A stretch of 64,000 nucleotides of DNA from Phoronis australis (Eukaryota > Animalia > Phoronida). The first letter of the stretch is position 1. Each line of letters starts with the position of its first letter. Of this stretch, positions 60,401-64,000 are shown in pieces. Under the pieces are notes generated by a model. It worked only from the letters and a program-made list of their open reading frames with translations. It made no database searches and was not told the origin of the DNA. The stretch spans positions 377,555 to 441,554 of the forward strand of contig NMRA01000273.1 of the NCBI GenBank assembly GCA_002633005.1, written 5' to 3'. Made by a program: the position numbers and the translations under genes.

Positions 60401-61904
60401 AACCCAGCCCTGTCGCCTCAATCTACCGCACTCCAAAGCCCAGTCCTATCCCTCAGTGTACTACAGCCTAGCCCAGCCTAATCTTAAGTACCCCACAACC
60501 CAATCAAAACAATCTACTACACCCAATAGTCCAGCCCTGTCCTTCAACCTACCACACCACACAACCTCAGCTTACCTCCAGTGTGACCCATGGCTGGTGT
60601 GGTTATCCCAATCTCTCTACTGACATCACCACCACCATCACCATCACCATCACCATCAGGGTTATCATCTTTCGGAGGAATCGTCAGATGCTGGACACTG
60701 GACAGCTGACCATAGCCAGCCTCAGTGCTGCACTTTATGGCCACATAGTAGGTCTGACCAGCCATCAAGTTGACTATGTCATGTTCACGCTTGTCACCTG
60801 AGGAAAGAAACCATCAATGATGATTTGTTACCATGACAGATGTACTTTACAGGCACAGGTTCTGTTTACAGTACAGCCATCATTGCCAAGGGCACCTGTT
60901 CAACCATGAACCATGGAAACACACAGAGGGAATAACTGTAACCCTATCAGCTGTAAATGCTCTACACTTCGAGACAAGGATATTTGAATTACATTTAACT
61001 ATGTCTTAATCTCACCACAATAAATAGCTTAATGTAGTTTGGCTGAAAATATACTAGAATAAGAGAGAAGTAGACTAGACAAAACCTCAGCCTCACATGA
61101 TAAAATAGAAAGCTAATGTGAAGTGTTGCCACAGCAGCTGTCACTCAAACATTACAGTTTGTGCCATAAAATTGTCTATTGTTCCCACTAAATCAAGCAC
61201 GAATCTGTGATACCCAGCCAAACTCACCACCAACTGTATAACATTAATCAATAAAGTTTAGATTTTCAGAACATTTGCAGAGAGAAAGCAAAACACAGGA
61301 AGTGCCCAGTATAAGTGCTAAGCCAACTCCCAACATGCAAAGTAATCGAAGCTAATCAGAATCAGCTCTGACCTGGTACAGTCTCATACAGCCAATGGTT
61401 CATGCCGTCTTTACCATCGACTTTGTGTAATACACGATAATAGTCGATGATACCATTTGGATGTTTTGGAGGTAGCCAGTGTAGGCTGATCCTGTTGCCA
61501 TTGACAACTGCTCTCTTGAACTCAGGTGCTGATGGCACTACAAAAGGAATCAGCAGGTCATGTACACTGCTCACAAATCATACACTTAAGAGTATATCAA
61601 CTTTGAACTTTGACCCCTCCCCCACTAAAGCCATAGCTCAATGCATTAATTGTTTTAGATGCTTTGACACCTATGATTCTGTACTAAGACAATAGCAGCC
61701 CCAGTAAATTATTCAATACCTTATTCATCTCACAAAATTTCATAATCAGAATGAGTGTTGACACTACTCTACTCACATCCTTGCAGTGTTCGCACTTGTA
61801 TCTCATTGCTGAATGGTCCGACAATGTTGCGTTGGTTGGACCTCACGGACACAGAGTAGGTAGCATACGGTTGAAGGCCTACGATGATCTTGGCCAACGA
61901 ATTA
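53987..61904 (-). CDS. PRTG-like: Gene B: second protogenin-like receptor, last 7 coding exons; 5' part lies beyond the window
   Basis: Exons 61904-61777, 61537-61373, 60797-60576, 59047-58948, 58617-58434, 55743-55621, 54466-53987, all GT-AG and in phase. FN3 motifs GLQPYATYSVSVRS and WLPPKHPNGIIDYYRV; TM LSDQTMGIIIGVSIGISCIIICVLVMVCLKR; cytoplasmic 'DAK|G' exon junction recalls protogenin. Confidence 0.9.
54720..54924. repeat. 29-bp minisatellite, about 7 copies
   Basis: AAGATGGGGTAAGTGATTACATGTGYATC unit in the last intron of gene B. Confidence 0.95.
55621..55743 (-). CDS. Gene B exon: symmetric phase 0-0, Asn-Gly-rich cytoplasmic exon (123 nt)
   Basis: tttaag| acceptor; GVNGRVNGKQHESHKNGYKNGKLPNGHHKNGGNGISHEHSK; |gttaga donor. 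Confidence 0.82.
56450..58020 (-). mobile_element. HINE-like repeats of the 8560-11590 family, opposite orientation
   Basis: Hairpin ATGCACCCACATACAAAATATGTGGGCGCAT at about 57658-57688; GGAGATACAG and GCCACTAGGGGGCAC modules read on +. Confidence 0.75.
58099..58156. repeat. 20-bp tandem repeat, 3 copies
   Basis: CTTCAGACCCCGCCCATTTG repeated three times. Confidence 0.9.
58434..58617 (-). CDS. Gene B exon: juxtamembrane cytoplasmic region
   Basis: gtttag| acceptor; MNMCTPPPHDQYIIHNGNGFHGNSELAHIGRRLSHPGTEMSDFGSVVGRGYQRKELYHDAK; |gtacat donor. Confidence 0.88.
58948..59047 (-). CDS. Gene B exon: transmembrane segment
   Basis: ttgcag| acceptor; SKLSDQTMGIIIGVSIGISCIIICVLVMVCLKR; |gtatgc donor. 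Confidence 0.95.
60576..60797 (-). CDS. Gene B exon: last FN3 second half plus Asp/Gly stalk
   Basis: cctcag| acceptor; DKREHDIVNLMAGQTYYVAIKCSTEAGYGQLSSVQHLTIPPKDDNPDGDGDGDGGGDVSREIGITTPAMGHTG; |gtaag donor. Confidence 0.93.
61373..61537 (-). CDS. Gene B exon: last FN3 first half (165 nt)
   Basis: ttgtag| acceptor; PSAPEFKRAVVNGNRISLHWLPPKHPNGIIDYYRVLHKVDGKDGMNHWLYETVP; |gtcag donor. Confidence 0.95.
61777..61904 (-). CDS. Gene B exon: penultimate FN3 second half (128 nt)
   Basis: gcacag| acceptor; NSLAKIIVGLQPYATYSVSVRSNQRNIVGPFSNEIQVRTLQG; |gtgagt donor. Confidence 0.93.
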
Positions 61905-62704
61905 CTGTGCAAAAGAAAAAAACAATTTCATTCTCAATACAATTAACCAGACAAACATTAAACCCTAATCGAGCTCAATATCTTATCAATCATGTTTGAT
62001 CTATATGGAAAACACATACATCATCAGGCCTTCGTGCAGTACGTCCTGGGCATTCAAATGAACACCCCAACAGTAATCTGGATGCCCTGGCAAGGACGCC
62101 CAATGTATCATTTGGACACCCACTGTCAATCAGAATTTCTCCAGTTAGGACACTGGTAGTTAATCAACGATTGGTGATAGTTTAAGAGAGAAATGTTGAC
62201 CTTTCACCTCAGAAAGAAATGTACAACCTACAGTAAATGTTGCAATGTTCAAACTATTGAAAAACACGTCAATCCTTTGCAGGTTTTCAGTGGTCAAGTG
62301 TTTCAGTGCAGTCTCTCAGTGGTCTGATCACAAATAGAAATTCAGTACTACCGGTACATAGAGCAGCACAACCTTGGGTAACTCCAAACTGGTGTTTCAG
62401 AGCTGTAATGTCTGTTTTTCATCTTTTTTTAAAAAACACCATAAGCGAAATAGATGACATCATTTTAATACTATATTATGCCACAAGAACATGCCCACTT
62501 AAAATTTTTTAATTTGCGCCCATTTCACGCTTTTCAATGTCCGTTTTAATGTTTTAATATGGAGCAGCAGTGACATCTGTTGCCAAAATATAAATCACAC
62601 AACATCTGTGCATTTTTCTTGTGTTGGTAACAACAGTTGTGACGATTCAATGTACAGAACATAAAAGTTAGTTAAGTTAAGAAAATATGATAAACTTTAT
62701 AACA

Positions 62705-62867
62705 CAGGGCTTGGAATAACCAATGACAAAAAACGCGGAAACTTTTACGGCCCAAATCATGCCCGATAACCAGCCTTTGAAATGGTCAATGTGAACCTTT
62801 CTGCAACAAAAATGGGGACTAAAAAAAAAAAAAAACGTTACCACCATCAGTAGCATGCGTCTGCGTC
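62705..62867 (+). mobile_element. hAT-like element left end, copy 1, cut at a single-N join
   Basis: Starts CAGGGCTTGGAAT; direct repeat of 63697-63852. Confidence 0.6.
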
Positions 62868-63696
62868 NAGTGCACTCATTATTCAACCAATGTCTAATAT
62901 ATGTTTGGTAAGCTACTTGGCTGTTTTCATAAATCTAGAAGAAAAAGTTTTGGTCCCCGCTCTGTTTTTAGTAAAAAATCTCACTACAGGGGGAGCTGTT
63001 TTTGTATAAATGTAGATGTAAAAGCCTTGGTCTATACATTTTTTGTAAAAACCTCACTGTGGGGGGGGGAGGTTACTGGTGAAAGGTAGTGGGGGGGTGA
63101 GGCCAGTAAGTGTAACGCACCGCTGGAATCATGGACGCCCCGGAATATGGGGAACCCCATTTTGGACACTCTATTTTCGAAATCCTGGATGAAGCCCTGT
63201 ACATCATATGGCAAATTGTTGACACATCATAAGGCAAATAGTTGACACATCATGAAATCTCACTGTCATACGACAAAATAGGACTACAGGGTAAGTATTT
63301 TATCACTTTAATAGGACTACAGGGTAAGTATTTTACCATTTTAAACTGAAAGATAAGTAGCACCAAATTGAGAGTTTTCATCTACTGCTATTATTCAAAT
63401 ACATTATGAGATAATTGTTGGCTGGTAAACATCTGGTGACACCACAGATAACTTGTAAACATGTAGGGCATCTGATTTATGATTTATGTTTGCATGGTGA
63501 GATTGGATGGCACGTGTCTAGAGAATCCTCTGAGCAAACGATTTGCTAATCTATGTATTTATTTGATACATTTTAAGGATGACCTTCAACTTTTTATTTG
63601 TCAATGATGGTTGCTTTGTTGTAAATGCAACGAAAAGCAAGTTGACTTTGCCGTGGAATCGGGTTTTCTAGAGCAATTAATGTTCTTTACCCTTAT

Positions 63697-64000
63697 CAGG
63701 GCTTGGAATGACCAATGACAAAAAACGCGGAAACTTTTACAGCCCAAAACATGCGCGCTACCCAGCCTTGAAATAGTCGATGAGAACCTTTCGCCGACAA
63801 AAATCGGTAAAACTAAAAAACGTTACCACCATCAGTAGCATGCGACTGCGTCTTTTTATCTCGTCCATCCACTCTTCCACTCCCACCCCCACACATTTTT
63901 GGCTGCAAAGCCGTAGTATTTGTCACCGCGGTTTACAATCACACGAGACGCCATTGAAAATCCCACCACGCTATCCCAGATGCCCCGGCAATGTTGACAA
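63697..64000 (+). mobile_element. hAT-like element left end, copy 2
   Basis: CAGGGCTTGGAATGACCAATGACAAAAAACGCGGAAACTTTTAC... similar to copy 1; CAGGG termini are typical of hAT elements. Confidence 0.55.

Noticed and set aside
60114-60623. 169-aa Pro-rich ORF antisense to gene B
   Set aside because: C-rich low-complexity sequence lacks stop codons by composition; GTG start and no domain.

Overview
AT-rich, intron-containing animal genomic DNA, probably from an invertebrate (species cannot be determined from the sequence). It holds two protogenin-like (DCC/neogenin family) Ig-FN3 single-pass receptor genes arranged tail-to-tail. Gene A (+ strand) has 16 phase-consistent GT-AG coding exons from 7988 to 44234, about 983 codons: 3 visible Ig domains, 5 FN3 domains, a transmembrane (TM) segment and a cytoplasmic tail. 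Its signal peptide and probable first Ig exon were not found and likely lie upstream. Gene B (- strand) shows its last 7 coding exons (61904 to 53987) and continues beyond the window. Homologous exons share intron phases, and two share exact lengths (128 and 165 nt). Introns and UTRs contain decayed mobile elements: a mariner, pogo/Tc2-like elements, Kolobok-like THAP elements, L2- and RTE-X-like LINE ends, Helentron-type (HINE) repeats rich in CTCF-like motifs, and several minisatellites. There is one 734-N gap and two single-N joins. No rRNA, tRNA or CRISPR features were recognised.
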